DNA of 64,000 nucleotides from Gammaproteobacteria bacterium (GTDB lineage Bacteria; Pseudomonadota; Gammaproteobacteria; Steroidobacterales; Rariloculaceae): NCBI GenBank assembly GCA_036381015.1, contig DASVDR010000001.1, positions 5,325 to 69,324 of the forward strand, read 5' to 3'. Shown piece by piece: positions 63,852 to 64,000 of this stretch (position 1 is its first letter; each line of letters starts with the position of its first letter). The notes under the pieces were generated by a model. It saw only the letters and a program-made list of their open reading frames with translations, ran no database searches and was not told where the DNA came from. The position numbers and the translations under genes were made by a program.

Positions 63852-64000
63852 GCGACTTCTCCCCTCGACACGAACGGCCGCGCACCGGCCGGATCCACCT
63901 TTGCGGCGGGCCGCGCGGTCGCACCGTCCTCGAGAATACTCCTCGATGCACGACCAAGCCAGAGCAGGGAACTCCTATCGTTTCCGCTGCGGCAACGCGC

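Noticed and set aside
1-64000. A scan for CRISPR arrays, tRNA/rRNA genes, IS elements, integrases and long nucleotide-level repeats.
   Set aside because: None was recognised by eye. Only short in-frame tandem repeats (21, 18 and 39 bp units) and a few hairpins were found. A covariance-model or repeat-finder run would be needed to be definitive.

Overview
High-GC bacterial chromosomal window with Gram-negative-style features (lipobox lipoproteins, Sec and Tat signals). I can support about 55 protein genes. I saw no rRNA, tRNA, CRISPR array, transposase or integrase. All family assignments come from motifs I recognise by eye; no searches were run. Many of the longest ORFs in the supplied track are Arg/Ala-rich wrong-frame or antisense artefacts of the high GC content. 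I therefore re-derived gene starts from Shine-Dalgarno motifs, signal peptides and the points where family similarity begins.

Layout:
- 1..17.8 kb: mixed housekeeping and envelope genes. These include a HAD hydrolase, a GlcG-like protein, a DKNYY lipoprotein in a lower-GC patch, a frameshifted HdeD, an arylsulfatase, DUF1993, one continuous S46-M13 double-peptidase ORF, and a YeeE/YedE pair.
- 17.9..34.5 kb: an accessory-looking block. Its core is a compact 11-12 gene minus-strand operon (22525/23089..34273) encoding a phage-tail-like contractile injection system (CIS) with P2-like gene order.
- 34.5..39.5 kb: an apparently truncated LysR regulator, an oxidoreductase, a truncated MmyB-like regulator, a DUF2799 lipoprotein and panB.
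- 39.7..63.9 kb: two inverted, diverged copies of a CXXCH-protein (DUF1592 family) / Tat-DUF1552 / secreted-ankyrin module. They bracket a 12-kb block of transporters (MMPL, AtoE-like, SLC13-like, DedA, MFS, BCCT) and a split NosR-like redox pair.

Best candidate for a novel system: the minimal CIS. In this window it has no AAA+ ATPase, tail fibre, capsid or recognisable toxin gene. It does carry a membrane-spanning PASTA-domain protein in the tail-fibre slot, a baseplate-J protein with an Asp-box propeller-like C-terminus, and a disordered Pro/Ala/Arg/Gly-rich protein in the tape-measure slot.
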